This document shows positions 8,101-17,678 of a stretch of DNA of 64,000 bases, piece by piece. Each line of letters opens with the position of its first letter. Positions within the stretch are counted from its first letter, which is position 1. Origin of the DNA: Bacteroidales bacterium (GTDB lineage Bacteria > Bacteroidota > Bacteroidia > Bacteroidales > F082); assembly GCA_017395365.1 (NCBI GenBank), contig JAFPUN010000012.1, forward strand, positions 19,330-83,329, given 5' to 3'. Position numbers and translations under genes: made by a program. The notes under the pieces were generated by a model that did not search any database, was not told where the DNA came from, and was given only the letters and a program-made list of their open reading frames with translations.

Positions 8101-8853
8101 TTACGACACAAACCAAGCCTTGAACTCGGCCACACGGGCCTTGCTGACGATGACCTTCTCGGGTGTCTCAACAGTGAGGTTGATGGCCAGTTTATTGCCA
8201 AACCAAACGGAGACGTCCTTCACCGCATTACGCGATATCAGGAACTGGCGATTGGCGCGGAAAAACATCTGAGGATCGAGCTGCGCCAAAATGTCGTCCA
8301 AGGTCTGGTTCATGTAAAAAGTCTTGTCGTCAAAGGTGACCAACTTCACCGTCTTGGTGTCAATGTAGGCATAGGCAATGTCGCTGGTGGGAAGCGGCAC
8401 CAACTTGTCGCGCTCGGGAAGCAGGAAGCAGCTCTTGAATTTCGGCTTGGCACCCAAATGCTTCAGCAAGGCTTCCAGCTGCTGCTGCTCGAGGCCCCTG
8501 CCCAAGTTATGGTATTTTGCGACGGCACGCTCCAACGCCTCCTTGCTGATAGGCTTCAGCAGATAGTCGATGCTGTTCACCTCGAAGGCCTTCAAGGCAT
8601 ATTCGTCATAGGCAGTGGTGAAAATGACCGGGCAGGTGACCGTGACGCGGTCAAAGATGGTAAACGACGACCCGTCAGCCAAATGAATGTCCATGAAAAT
8701 GAGGTCGGGCATGGGATGTTGACTGATCCAATCGACACTGTCCTCAATCGACTCAAGCACGCCAACGATTTCGGTATCTGGGCTGACTTCTCCAAGAAGC
8801 TTCTTGAGCGTCTTCGCAGCCATCAATTCGTCTTCAATAATTAGAGCTTTCAT
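8101..8853 (-). CDS. LytTR-family DNA-binding response regulator
   Basis: Receiver domain (MKALIIEDE...PDLIFMDIHLADGS) plus a C-terminal LytTR-type domain. Confidence 0.85.
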   Translation of the reverse strand: MKALIIEDELMAAKTLKKLLGEVSPDTEIVGVLESIEDSVDWISQHPMPDLIFMDIHLADGSSFTIFDRVTVTCPVIFTTAYDEYALKAFEVNSIDYLLKPISKEALERAVAKYHNLGRGLEQQQLEALLKHLGAKPKFKSCFLLPERDKLVPLPTSDIAYAYIDTKTVKLVTFDDKTFYMNQTLDDILAQLDPQMFFRANRQFLISRNAVKDVSVWFGNKLAINLTVETPEKVIVSKARVAEFKAWFVS

Positions 8854-8856
8854 GGT

Positions 8857-10053
8857 TCATTCGATTTGTTTAAGGGGCAAAGTTACACTAAAAATCTTTC
8901 CATCATCAAAAATTTCAACATTTTCGTTCCATTTGATTCGATATCGCTCCGAAAGATTGGCCAAGCCAATGCCTGTTCCATCTTCTTTTCCAATCTTGGG
9001 TTGGATCTTATTGCTGATTACCAAATGATTTTCATCATCAGTCAAGATATTGATGGTGAGAGGTTGTTTCGATGAGATGACATTGTGCTTGATGGCGTTT
9101 TCTATCAAGCCCTGGATGGAGAGGGGCAAGACATAATAGTTGTCATATTTCTCATGGTCGATATGATGGTCGAAAACGAGATTGTCGCCATAACGCATCT
9201 TCATCATCCTGCAATAGGAGCGTACGCAATCAAGTTCCTGTGACAAAGTCACCACCTCCTCATTCTTAAGGGTGTAGCGCATCACGGTCGACAATTGGTG
9301 GACAAAATCGCCGGCTTTGTCGGCATCAACGTCAATCAATGCCTTCAAGGTGTTCAGCGAGTTGAAAAGAAAATGCGGGTCCATCTGGGTCTTCAGGGTC
9401 TCATAGCGCGAGTTAAGGTTCTCAGCACGAAGCGTCTCGTTCTCCACCGCTATTCGTCTTTGCTGATAAAGCGAGCGCTGCAAATAACTGAATACAAAAG
9501 CAATGGAGACCAAGGTGAAATCACCCAACATGCCTCTACTGATATATCCAATCAACGAGCGGGGAACGGGGCCATAAGGCCAAATATACAATTGAATGAT
9601 CGTACACAATGAACTTAAGAATCCAGCAATCAATAAGGTTCCCACAATATTAATCATCAATTCGTTACGGCGCAACGCATAATGCCGGCTCATCACCTTT
9701 CTGTTGTAAAGAAACACCGACAAAATCATCAGAAAGGTAAACGGAACATTAAACAGCAAAATATGTGAGAACCTGGGCTTGTCGAACTTGTGGCCTGGCT
9801 GGAATCTATCTGCTTGAAACAATGCTGGAAATTTTCTTTGAAATGTCCCAAAGACATATTCGTTGGCGCCCACCACATGCTCTTTCTCGCGTTCAAACTC
9901 TTCCTGCTCGTTGGCATCGGCAAAAGAAGGTCTGCCAAAATAATGGCTCAACGCAAACAAGGAATAATAGCCTATCGTTATGGCGAGTGTCATCATGATA
10001 ATCCGCTTCAGCGAAAGGTAGTTGTCGACTTCGTTCAAGTTCATGTTTTTCAT
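8857..10053 (-). CDS. Sensor histidine kinase (LytS/YehU-type His_kinase domain)
   Basis: TM segments, then the HFLFNSLNTLKALI motif and a C-terminal HATPase-like region (IENAIKHN...GTGIGLANL). Confidence 0.8.
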   Translation of the reverse strand: MKNMNLNEVDNYLSLKRIIMMTLAITIGYYSLFALSHYFGRPSFADANEQEEFEREKEHVVGANEYVFGTFQRKFPALFQADRFQPGHKFDKPRFSHILLFNVPFTFLMILSVFLYNRKVMSRHYALRRNELMINIVGTLLIAGFLSSLCTIIQLYIWPYGPVPRSLIGYISRGMLGDFTLVSIAFVFSYLQRSLYQQRRIAVENETLRAENLNSRYETLKTQMDPHFLFNSLNTLKALIDVDADKAGDFVHQLSTVMRYTLKNEEVVTLSQELDCVRSYCRMMKMRYGDNLVFDHHIDHEKYDNYYVLPLSIQGLIENAIKHNVISSKQPLTINILTDDENHLVISNKIQPKIGKEDGTGIGLANLSERYRIKWNENVEIFDDGKIFSVTLPLKQIE

Positions 10054-10066
10054 GGCAACGCTATCT

Positions 10067-11287
10067 TTATTCGTATCTCAAGGCATTAATCGGGTCGGTG
10101 CGCGATGCCTTCAAGGCGGGGAAGAATCCCGAAATGAGGCCGAGGATGGCGCACGAAACAAAGGCGATGACCATCCACAACACATTCACGACAAAAGGCA
10201 ACGACATGGCCATCGAGGCCACATAGGAGAGTAACAATCCAAGCAACATACCAACGACACCTCCGATAAGGCTCAAAATGATACTTTCGGTGAGGAACTG
10301 CAATAAGATCGCCGAGTTCTTGGCACCGATCGACATACGCAGGCCGATTTCCTTAGTGCGCTCGGTGACGGTGACGTACATGATGTTCATGATGCCGATA
10401 CAACCCACTAGCAAGGATATCAGAGCAATGGCAACCAACACCGTGGTGATCATGCCTGTCATCGATGTCATCATCTCCAACATCTCCTGTTGGGTGCGCA
10501 CCTCGAAATCGTCCGCACCACCGTCTGGAATCTTGTGTGAAACACGCAAAATGCTCTCAACTTCCTCCACAGCGGCCTCTGCCACATCCTCGGAAGCGGC
10601 AGAGCACACGATTTGCTGGATATAGTCAACGCCCAACATGCGCTTCTGCACTGTAGAATAAGGCATCACCACAAGGTCGTCCTGGTCCATGCCCATACCG
10701 TTTTGACCTTTCTCCTTCAATGTCCCAATGACCTTGAAAGGCATATTCCCAACGCGTATGGTCTTGCCGATAGGATCTTCACCCTCATCAAACAGCTCTT
10801 TGACAATGGTCTGGCCTATCAATCCGACTTTGGCGTATTTCTTCACATCTTCATCGGTGAAGTTGACACCTGTGGCAATCTCGTATTTTCTGATTTCCAG
10901 ATAGTCAGGAGAGCCACCATACACCGTTCCCGACCAGTTTTTGGATCCATTCACCAATTGGCCGCCACTGTTGACCACAGGGCTGACCATGGTGACATTT
11001 TTAGCGTTCTTGGCGATCAGTTCACAGTCTCTTACCTTGAGCGATTGCACATTGCTGGAGCCCATGCTGACGCCACCACGCCGTTGGTTGGCACGCATCA
11101 CCATGATGAGGTTGGTACCCATATCGGAGAGCTGATTCGCCGTACTTTGCTTTAAGCCCTCTCCCAAATTGACCACAGCGATGACGGCAGCAATACCAAT
11201 GACGATGCCAAGCATGGAAAGGGCCGAGCGCGTCTTGTTGCGCATCAAGGCTTTCGCCGAAATTCTTATGAGGTTCAGGATATCCAT
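10067..11287 (-). CDS. ABC transporter permease, MacB/FtsX family
   Basis: MacB_PCD-like periplasmic domain between TM1 and the C-terminal FtsX TM bundle. ATG at 11287; the track start at 11293 is TTG. Confidence 0.85.
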   Translation of the reverse strand: MDILNLIRISAKALMRNKTRSALSMLGIVIGIAAVIAVVNLGEGLKQSTANQLSDMGTNLIMVMRANQRRGGVSMGSSNVQSLKVRDCELIAKNAKNVTMVSPVVNSGGQLVNGSKNWSGTVYGGSPDYLEIRKYEIATGVNFTDEDVKKYAKVGLIGQTIVKELFDEGEDPIGKTIRVGNMPFKVIGTLKEKGQNGMGMDQDDLVVMPYSTVQKRMLGVDYIQQIVCSAASEDVAEAAVEEVESILRVSHKIPDGGADDFEVRTQQEMLEMMTSMTGMITTVLVAIALISLLVGCIGIMNIMYVTVTERTKEIGLRMSIGAKNSAILLQFLTESIILSLIGGVVGMLLGLLLSYVASMAMSLPFVVNVLWMVIAFVSCAILGLISGFFPALKASRTDPINALRYE

Positions 11288-11289
11288 GG

Positions 11290-12054
11290 TCAATAATCGT
11301 TTTCTACGGGCAAAGCCGCCAATGCCTCTGCCGCTGATTTGGTCGTCACGGACTCATCACGGAGGATGTGACCGTCACGAAGAAAGATGGTTCTACTCGT
11401 AAATACCGCAATGTCAGACTCATGTGTTACAAAGGCAATGGTCTTGCCCTGTTCGTGCAAACTCTGGAAGAGACTCATGATTTCGTAGGAGGTGCGGGTA
11501 TCAAGGTTACCTGTGGCTTCATCGGCCAACACGATGACCGGGTCGTTGACCAAGGCACGGGCGATGGCCACGCGCTGCTGCTGACCGCCCGAGAGTTGGT
11601 TGGGCATGTGACCCATGCGGTCTTTCAAACCCACAAGTTCCAGGGCATGCTGTGCCCTTTCATGGCGCTCGCGATGCGACACATCGGGATTATACACCAA
11701 AGGCAACTCTACATTCTCCAAAGCAGAAGTGCGCGGCAAGAGGTTGTAGGACTGGAACACGAAGCCAATCTTGCGGTTGCGAATCTCCGACAACTCGTTT
11801 TTGGACTTCGTCCTCACCGAGATGCCGTCAATGTAGTATTCGCCGGCAGTAGGCTGGTCGAGACAGCCGAGAATGTTGAGCAAGGTCGACTTACCGCTTC
11901 CCGACGAGCCCATGATACTCACGAACTCGCCTTGACAGATGTCAAATGACACACCCTTGAGGGCATGCACCTCCTCACTGCCAACAACAAACGTTCGTTT
12001 GAGGTTCTCAACCTTGATGATGGATTGCTTCTCATTCATAAAGTCAGACATCAT
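11290..12054 (-). CDS. ABC transporter ATP-binding protein (MacB/LolD-type)
   Basis: Walker A GSSGSGKST, signature LSGGQQQRVAIARAL, Walker B VLADEATGNLD. Confidence 0.9.
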   Translation of the reverse strand: MMSDFMNEKQSIIKVENLKRTFVVGSEEVHALKGVSFDICQGEFVSIMGSSGSGKSTLLNILGCLDQPTAGEYYIDGISVRTKSKNELSEIRNRKIGFVFQSYNLLPRTSALENVELPLVYNPDVSHRERHERAQHALELVGLKDRMGHMPNQLSGGQQQRVAIARALVNDPVIVLADEATGNLDTRTSYEIMSLFQSLHEQGKTIAFVTHESDIAVFTSRTIFLRDGHILRDESVTTKSAAEALAALPVENDY

Positions 12055-13304
12055 TTTTTCTGTTGCTGGTTGTTGTTCCTGTTTCTTCCAGGAGGACCAG
12101 GCATGAAGGGGTTCTCACCCTTCTTCACGGCCTTTTCCTTGGCAACAAATTGTGCCGACAGCACGACTGAATCACCAGCCTGCACACCTTGTTCGACGAT
12201 TCTGTATGCCCCGTCGCTCATGCCTGCCTTGACAGAACGTGGCATGATATCATTGCCTTTCTTTAGCCAAACCACAGTGTGACTGGACGCCGATGCTTCA
12301 TCCATCTCCGGGCGTTCGCCCTGTGGAGGCTCGCGTCGTTGACCCTCGGGCTTTTCAGCTTTGCGGATAGCTTTCAACACCGCCTCGTCGGGCGTAAAGG
12401 TGAAGGCCTCGGCCGGGACAGCCAAACCCGTTTGTTCTTCGGTGACGATAGTCACGCTAGCGGTCATGCCTGGGAACAACTTCTGATCGGGGTTGGGGGC
12501 CTCGATGATGACGGTATAGGTCACCACATTGCTTGTCGTGGTTGGCTTCATACGAATTTGATTCACAGTACCTTCAAACACATCGTTCATATAGGCGTCG
12601 ACGGTGAAAGTCACACGCTGTCCTGTCTTCACTTGCCCGATGTCGGCCTCGTCAACGTCAGCCTCCACCTGCATCTTGGTCAGGTCATTGGCCAAAGTGA
12701 ACAGCGTAGGCGTACTAAATGAAGCGGCCACCGTTTGGCCCACCTCCACCGCACGGTCAAGCACGATGCCATCGATGGGCGAATAGATTTCGGCATAGGC
12801 CAAGTCGACCCGAGCCTGGTCATAAGAGGCTTGCGCGTTGCGCTTGCTCATCTGCGCCTGAGTGTAACTGTTTTGCGCCTCTTGATAGGCTGCCAAAGTA
12901 GCGGCGTTTGCCTCATAGAGCTGCTTGGTACGTTCGTAAGTGAGCTTGGCATAATTGAGTTGGCTCTCGGCCGAGGTGAGACTGGCCTTGGCGCGACTCA
13001 AACTCTGGTTGAGCGTCTGCTTGTCCAACTCGGCCATCAATTGGCCTTTTTTCACTACATCGTTGAAATCGACATAGATCTTCTCCACCTTACCTGAAAC
13101 TTGGGTACCGACCTCAACGGTCTCCACAGGCTCGATGGTGCCCGTGGCGGTGACGGTGTTCTCAATGGTGTATTCCTCCACCACATGGGTGCGGACTACT
13201 AATTCCTTATTAGCTGATTTGGTGGCTTTTACAATCAGAGTCGCAACCACAGCAGCGACAATGACGCCAAGGATAATCAGCCATATTTTCCCTTTTTTCT
13301 TCAT
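12051..13304 (-). CDS. Efflux transporter periplasmic adaptor subunit (HlyD/MacA family)
   Basis: N-terminal TM anchor, coiled-coil hairpin and barrel-sandwich motifs. Stop overlaps the ATPase start. Confidence 0.85.
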   Translation of the reverse strand: MKKKGKIWLIILGVIVAAVVATLIVKATKSANKELVVRTHVVEEYTIENTVTATGTIEPVETVEVGTQVSGKVEKIYVDFNDVVKKGQLMAELDKQTLNQSLSRAKASLTSAESQLNYAKLTYERTKQLYEANAATLAAYQEAQNSYTQAQMSKRNAQASYDQARVDLAYAEIYSPIDGIVLDRAVEVGQTVAASFSTPTLFTLANDLTKMQVEADVDEADIGQVKTGQRVTFTVDAYMNDVFEGTVNQIRMKPTTTSNVVTYTVIIEAPNPDQKLFPGMTASVTIVTEEQTGLAVPAEAFTFTPDEAVLKAIRKAEKPEGQRREPPQGERPEMDEASASSHTVVWLKKGNDIMPRSVKAGMSDGAYRIVEQGVQAGDSVVLSAQFVAKEKAVKKGENPFMPGPPGRNRNNNQQQKK

Positions 13305-13390
13305 ATATCGTATTTTTCGATTTTCGTTTTTTTCTTGCGGCTGCCCAATCCCCCTACCCCCTTTGGAAGCTGGAATTGTAATAGCCCTAC

Positions 13391-13414
13391 AACTCTAAAC
13401 ACTCAACTCTAAAC
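13391..13414 (+). repeat. Tandem aactctaaac decamers
   Basis: aactctaaac at 13391 and 13405. The 13-mer tcaactctaaact is also present, inverted, at 62555-62567. Confidence 0.7.
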
Positions 13415-14719
13415 TTATAACTCTATCTTTTTGCCCATGTAAATGTCCAAAATCTTGCGTTGCATCACCAAAGAATACTTGTTCTGAATGTAGGAATTGA
13501 GGGCATTCAGGTAGTTGTTCTGCTGTTGTAGCAATTCCACCGTGGTAATGGTGCCGTATTGATATTGGATGTTGTATGCATTGAAGCTCTTGCTATATGC
13601 GTTTTCTTTTACCTGCGACACCTTATAGGCATTATAGGCTGACAACACATTGCGATAGGCTTGCACAACAGTCTGACGCACATTCAGCCGCGACTGTTCG
13701 TAGTCAAGTTGGGCTTGTTCCAAGGCGATGCGGCTCTTCTTCACATTGGCCTTGGTTTGACCTCGACTGTAGATGGGAATGCTCATCGAAACGCCTGCCG
13801 ACTCCGTAGGCGTCCCATACCATTTCTTGTTGCCGTCTTCGTCAAACGAAAGCACGCCCATGCCGACATTGGCATTTGCAGTGATGGAAGGGAAATAGTT
13901 GCCTCGTGCCATGTCGACGCTCTTTTCAGCCAATCGGATGTCATAGTCGCCTATACGCAAGTCAGGCATATAATCCATCGCCAGATTGATGGCTTCTTCC
14001 TCTGTTGGCAACGACGCTTTCAAGTCGTCGAGGTCTTCGGTATAGGGCGCAATAATCTCCAGATCGTCGGTTGGATTCATCGAAAGCAACACCTTCAGGT
14101 CCATCAAGTTGTTCTCGATGTTGATGCGCGTATCGACCACATTGTTGGAGTCGCTATAATACTGTGCCTCCAACAACAGGAAGTCGCTCTCAAGAATGGC
14201 TCCCAACTTATGGCGCACGCGGCCTTGGTTCAACTGCGCACGACTGGTATTGAGTACCTCTTGTTGATAGTTCAGCAAATCTTGGTTGCCAAGGATGGTG
14301 ACAAAACTTTGCAGGATTTGTGCTGTCAGTTGGTTATCATAACGCTCCAGTTGCACCGCGTTGCGCTCCATATTCAGACGGTTTTGCTCGATGGTGTTGT
14401 TGATGTTGCCACCTTGATAGATGGTCACCGACGAGCCTACGCCGACATTGCCCGATGTCGACCAACCGTTTTCATTGTTCGAGAAGTTCTGTCCCACCGA
14501 AGCACTCACATTGGGCAGGCGTTGTTGTTTCGATTGTTCATAGGTCGTCTCCAGTGATTGTCCCGTGAGTTCCATCGACTTGCGTTCATAGCTGTTGGCG
14601 TACGCATAACGTATGCAGTCTTCCAACGAGAAACGATAGGCATGATGCTCTTGGGCCCAACCTGAAAAGCCCAACCCAAAAATAACCAGCAATGCTACTA
14701 TGCTCTTTTTCATCCTCAT
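13415..14719 (-). CDS. TolC-family outer membrane efflux protein
   Basis: Signal peptide and two OEP-type repeats. First gene of the tolC-macA-macB-like operon. Confidence 0.85.
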   Translation of the reverse strand: MRMKKSIVALLVIFGLGFSGWAQEHHAYRFSLEDCIRYAYANSYERKSMELTGQSLETTYEQSKQQRLPNVSASVGQNFSNNENGWSTSGNVGVGSSVTIYQGGNINNTIEQNRLNMERNAVQLERYDNQLTAQILQSFVTILGNQDLLNYQQEVLNTSRAQLNQGRVRHKLGAILESDFLLLEAQYYSDSNNVVDTRINIENNLMDLKVLLSMNPTDDLEIIAPYTEDLDDLKASLPTEEEAINLAMDYMPDLRIGDYDIRLAEKSVDMARGNYFPSITANANVGMGVLSFDEDGNKKWYGTPTESAGVSMSIPIYSRGQTKANVKKSRIALEQAQLDYEQSRLNVRQTVVQAYRNVLSAYNAYKVSQVKENAYSKSFNAYNIQYQYGTITTVELLQQQNNYLNALNSYIQNKYSLVMQRKILDIYMGKKIEL

Positions 14720-14739
14720 AATTCAATAATAATGCACCG

Positions 14740-14747
14740 CAAAAATA
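14740..14747 (-). promoter_or_regulatory. -7 box (TAttTTTG) for the tolC-efflux operon
   Basis: Plus strand caaaaata, 21 nt upstream of the start at 14719. Confidence 0.45.
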
Positions 14748-14800
14748 GAAAAAAGGGGTTACGAAAAAAATGAAAAAATTGTATTCTTTCAAGTTTTTTG

Positions 14801-14808
14801 TATTTTTG
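14801..14808 (+). promoter_or_regulatory. -7 box TAttTTTG for aqpZ
   Basis: Divergent intergenic region, 87 nt upstream of the ATG at 14895. Confidence 0.45.
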
Positions 14809-14894
14809 CGGTATCCAAAAGAATATGGTCGTATATAGTTTTGTTGACAAAAAGAAAACCAATTAACTTATAACTAACTAAAAATTAAACAGTT

Positions 14895-15617
14895 ATGAAG
14901 ACAAGTAACAAATTCTTCGCCGAATTGTTCGGCACGTTCGTTTTGGTGTTTGGCGGTTGCGGTACCGCTTTGTTTGGCCATGTTGGCTTCCTTGGCGTAG
15001 CCATCGCCTTTGGTCTCACCGTGGTGGCCATGGCCTATGGCATTGGTCATATCTCGGGTGCCCACCTCAACCCTGCCGTCAGCTTTGGCGTGTTTGTCAA
15101 CGGCCGCATGAGCTTTAAGGAAATGCTCGTCTATTGGGCCGCCCAGTTCATTGGCGGTATCATCGCCGGCGCTTTGCTGTTAGCCATTTGGAATGCCATC
15201 GGTGGCGGTGCCACTGGCGTGTTTGCTTCCAACGGCTTTGGCCAGGAATTCGCCGCTGCCACCGGCAACGCCGATTACCAAGCCATCTCGTTGTGGGGTG
15301 CCTTCCTCGTTGAGGCCCTGCTGACCTTCGTGTTCCTGATGGTCATCCTTGGCGTCACCGACAGCTGCCATGCCAACGGCAAGTTTGGCGGTCTGGCCAT
15401 CGGTCTCACCCTGGTGCTCATCCACCTCATCAGCATCCCGCTGACCAACACCTCGGTCAATCCCGCCCGTTCACTTGGCGTTGCCCTGTTCTCGAAATGC
15501 GATGGCTGGAGCGCCATGGGTCAAGTGTGGCTCTTCATCGTGGCTCCGCTTGTGGGTGCCTGCCTCGCTGGTCTTTGCTACAAGTGCATCTGCGGCTGCT
15601 GCAAAAAAGAGAAATAA
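14895..15617 (+). CDS. aqpZ: Aquaporin Z (MIP family water channel)
   Basis: Two NPA boxes (SGAHLNPAVSFG and TSVNPARSLG) and six TM segments. Confidence 0.9.
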   Translation: MKTSNKFFAELFGTFVLVFGGCGTALFGHVGFLGVAIAFGLTVVAMAYGIGHISGAHLNPAVSFGVFVNGRMSFKEMLVYWAAQFIGGIIAGALLLAIWNAIGGGATGVFASNGFGQEFAAATGNADYQAISLWGAFLVEALLTFVFLMVILGVTDSCHANGKFGGLAIGLTLVLIHLISIPLTNTSVNPARSLGVALFSKCDGWSAMGQVWLFIVAPLVGACLAGLCYKCICGCCKKEK

Positions 15618-15643
15618 TCCCTATCATTAATTAAAGGATTTCA

Positions 15644-15690
15644 GGCCGTTTCATTTGCTGGTGATACCGGCAATGAGACGGCCTTTCCGT
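15644..15690 (+). terminator. Terminator candidate after aqpZ
   Basis: ggccgtttcatt / aatgagacggcc stem with one mismatch and a 16-nt loop, then a weak T tract. Confidence 0.4.
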
Positions 15691-15709
15691 TATTTCAAAA
15701 CCATTGACT

Positions 15710-17677
15710 ATGAAAAAGACACTACTATTGCTTGCCCTCTTCTCCTTCTCATTAGGCTTGGTTGCACAGCAACCTGCCACGCGGGCTTTCATCGACACAG
15801 ACGGTATCATCAAAACTGAAAGCGTACTTACCCAACTGCCACCAGCAAGTCGCGACGGCTTGACACCCATGCCTGGCTTCCCGCTGAGCTTCAGCTCCAA
15901 CACCACCTATAAACCCATGCGCGGCCTTGCCCTTGCTGACCTCAACAATGACGGTGCCGATGAGATCATCCTCTGCCACAACGAGGAAATCAACGTCATC
16001 GACGGGCAAGGCAACGTACTTTGGACACAACCTTTGGTGGGAGGCATGGCCCAGTATCCTGCTGCTGTCGGCGATATCAACAAAGACGGAATACTTGAAA
16101 TCGTATCCCTTACCGCCTATGGCAACGCTCGTGGCGGCATCAACGTCTTTGATGCTTCGGGCAACATCTTGATGGCAACAGTCACCAACAACAACCCTCT
16201 CATCTGTGCTCCCGTTTTGGCCGACCTCAACAACGACAGTAATTTGGAGATCATCTTCTGCGGTCGAGGGAAGGCCTCGGCCAGTATTTCAGCCGGCATC
16301 CATGCTTGGAACCTGCAAGGCGAAGAAATCGAAGGTTTCCCATTCGACCTGCCCTCAACTCCCGCCTTTACACCTACCTTGGCCGACATCGACGGTGACG
16401 GCTTCCTTGAGATGTTCGTTTCAACAACCACCGCTTTGTATTGCGTCAGTCATACCGGAGAAGAGATGTATAGGGTGGACAGCGAAGAAGCCTACAAATA
16501 CTCCTATCAATCGCCGCTCGTGGTTGACTTCGAAGGCGATGGCAATTGGAGCATCGTTGGTGCCTGTCATGGCGACAATCCAAACCATTATGTGCGCGAT
16601 GCCCACACGGGAGAGTACAGAACGGGATGGCCTAAACCCGTCTCCTATTGGACCTACTCCGCTCCGACAGTGGTCAAAAACGGTGACGAATATGCCATCT
16701 TTATGGGCGTCTCTGGCGAAGGCAACGTGTTCTACCAATACGATATGAACGGCAATATAGCTCCTGGATTCCCGCTCAACTTGACTTCGGGAGTTGAAGG
16801 CTTCATTTCCGTAGCTGACATCGATGGCGACGGCGCAAACGAAATCATCACCGACTTCAACCTGATGGACGGCGAGCAAGGCTACATCCGCGCTTGGGAG
16901 ATGGACGGCACCGAGGTGACCGAAGGCTTTCCGCTCCGTCCGCAAGGCCTATCCTATATGAACGGTGCCAATTTCGGTGACATCGATGGCGACGGCAACT
17001 TAGAAATCGTCACCTTGACCTATGTCCAGAACTTCTCGCCTGACGACCCTGTGTATGTCACTGCCTACGCACTGAATCAGCCCGATAAAAACCTTGTTTT
17101 CGGCACTTACAAAGGCAGCAACGACCGCATGGGCTGGATTCGTGAAGAAGAGATAGTCGTCAGTTGCAATCCCGTCCGTGACTTGGAGGCAGAAACCGGC
17201 GGTGACGTATCACAAGTGTATCTGCACTGGACCGAACCCGAACCTGGCTCAACGGGCAACCTGTTAGGCTACCTCATCCAGAAGAATGGCGAGCTCTTGG
17301 AAGAGTTTTTGGAAATTCCTGAATATGTAGACAACGAAGTTGAGTTCTTCGAGACCTACGAATATGTCATCATCGCTGTGTTCGACGACAACTGTGAGTC
17401 TGCCTGCGCCCCACTGTCAACAGAAGTGATTCCTGATGCCGTCCCAGAATACAGCAAGGAAGCCAAGGTCTATCCGAACCCTGCCCAGAACATACTTCAC
17501 ATCGAAGGTGGTGGCCTCACCGAAGTAGAAATGTTCAACATCATGGGCCAAAGTATGCTGAACATCAATGAAAATATTGAGACAGTCGACATCAGCCATC
17601 TGCAAAACGGCATCTATTTCGTGCGTCTCAAAACCAATGACGGAGAAAAGACCGTGAAACTTGTTATCGAGAAGTAA
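15710..17677 (+). CDS. FG-GAP/VCBS-repeat protein with T9SS C-terminal sorting domain
   Basis: Repeated DLNNDG/DIDGDG/DINKDG FG-GAP calcium-binding motifs. C-terminus KVYPNPAQNILHIEG...GIYFVRLKT...VKLVIEK. ATG at 15710; the track start is TTG. Confidence 0.8.
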   Translation: MKKTLLLLALFSFSLGLVAQQPATRAFIDTDGIIKTESVLTQLPPASRDGLTPMPGFPLSFSSNTTYKPMRGLALADLNNDGADEIILCHNEEINVIDGQGNVLWTQPLVGGMAQYPAAVGDINKDGILEIVSLTAYGNARGGINVFDASGNILMATVTNNNPLICAPVLADLNNDSNLEIIFCGRGKASASISAGIHAWNLQGEEIEGFPFDLPSTPAFTPTLADIDGDGFLEMFVSTTTALYCVSHTGEEMYRVDSEEAYKYSYQSPLVVDFEGDGNWSIVGACHGDNPNHYVRDAHTGEYRTGWPKPVSYWTYSAPTVVKNGDEYAIFMGVSGEGNVFYQYDMNGNIAPGFPLNLTSGVEGFISVADIDGDGANEIITDFNLMDGEQGYIRAWEMDGTEVTEGFPLRPQGLSYMNGANFGDIDGDGNLEIVTLTYVQNFSPDDPVYVTAYALNQPDKNLVFGTYKGSNDRMGWIREEEIVVSCNPVRDLEAETGGDVSQVYLHWTEPEPGSTGNLLGYLIQKNGELLEEFLEIPEYVDNEVEFFETYEYVIIAVFDDNCESACAPLSTEVIPDAVPEYSKEAKVYPNPAQNILHIEGGGLTEVEMFNIMGQSMLNINENIETVDISHLQNGIYFVRLKTNDGEKTVKLVIEK

Positions 17678-17678
17678 G

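Noticed and set aside
13661-14557. 298-aa plus-strand ORF
   Set aside because: It is antisense to the TolC-family gene.
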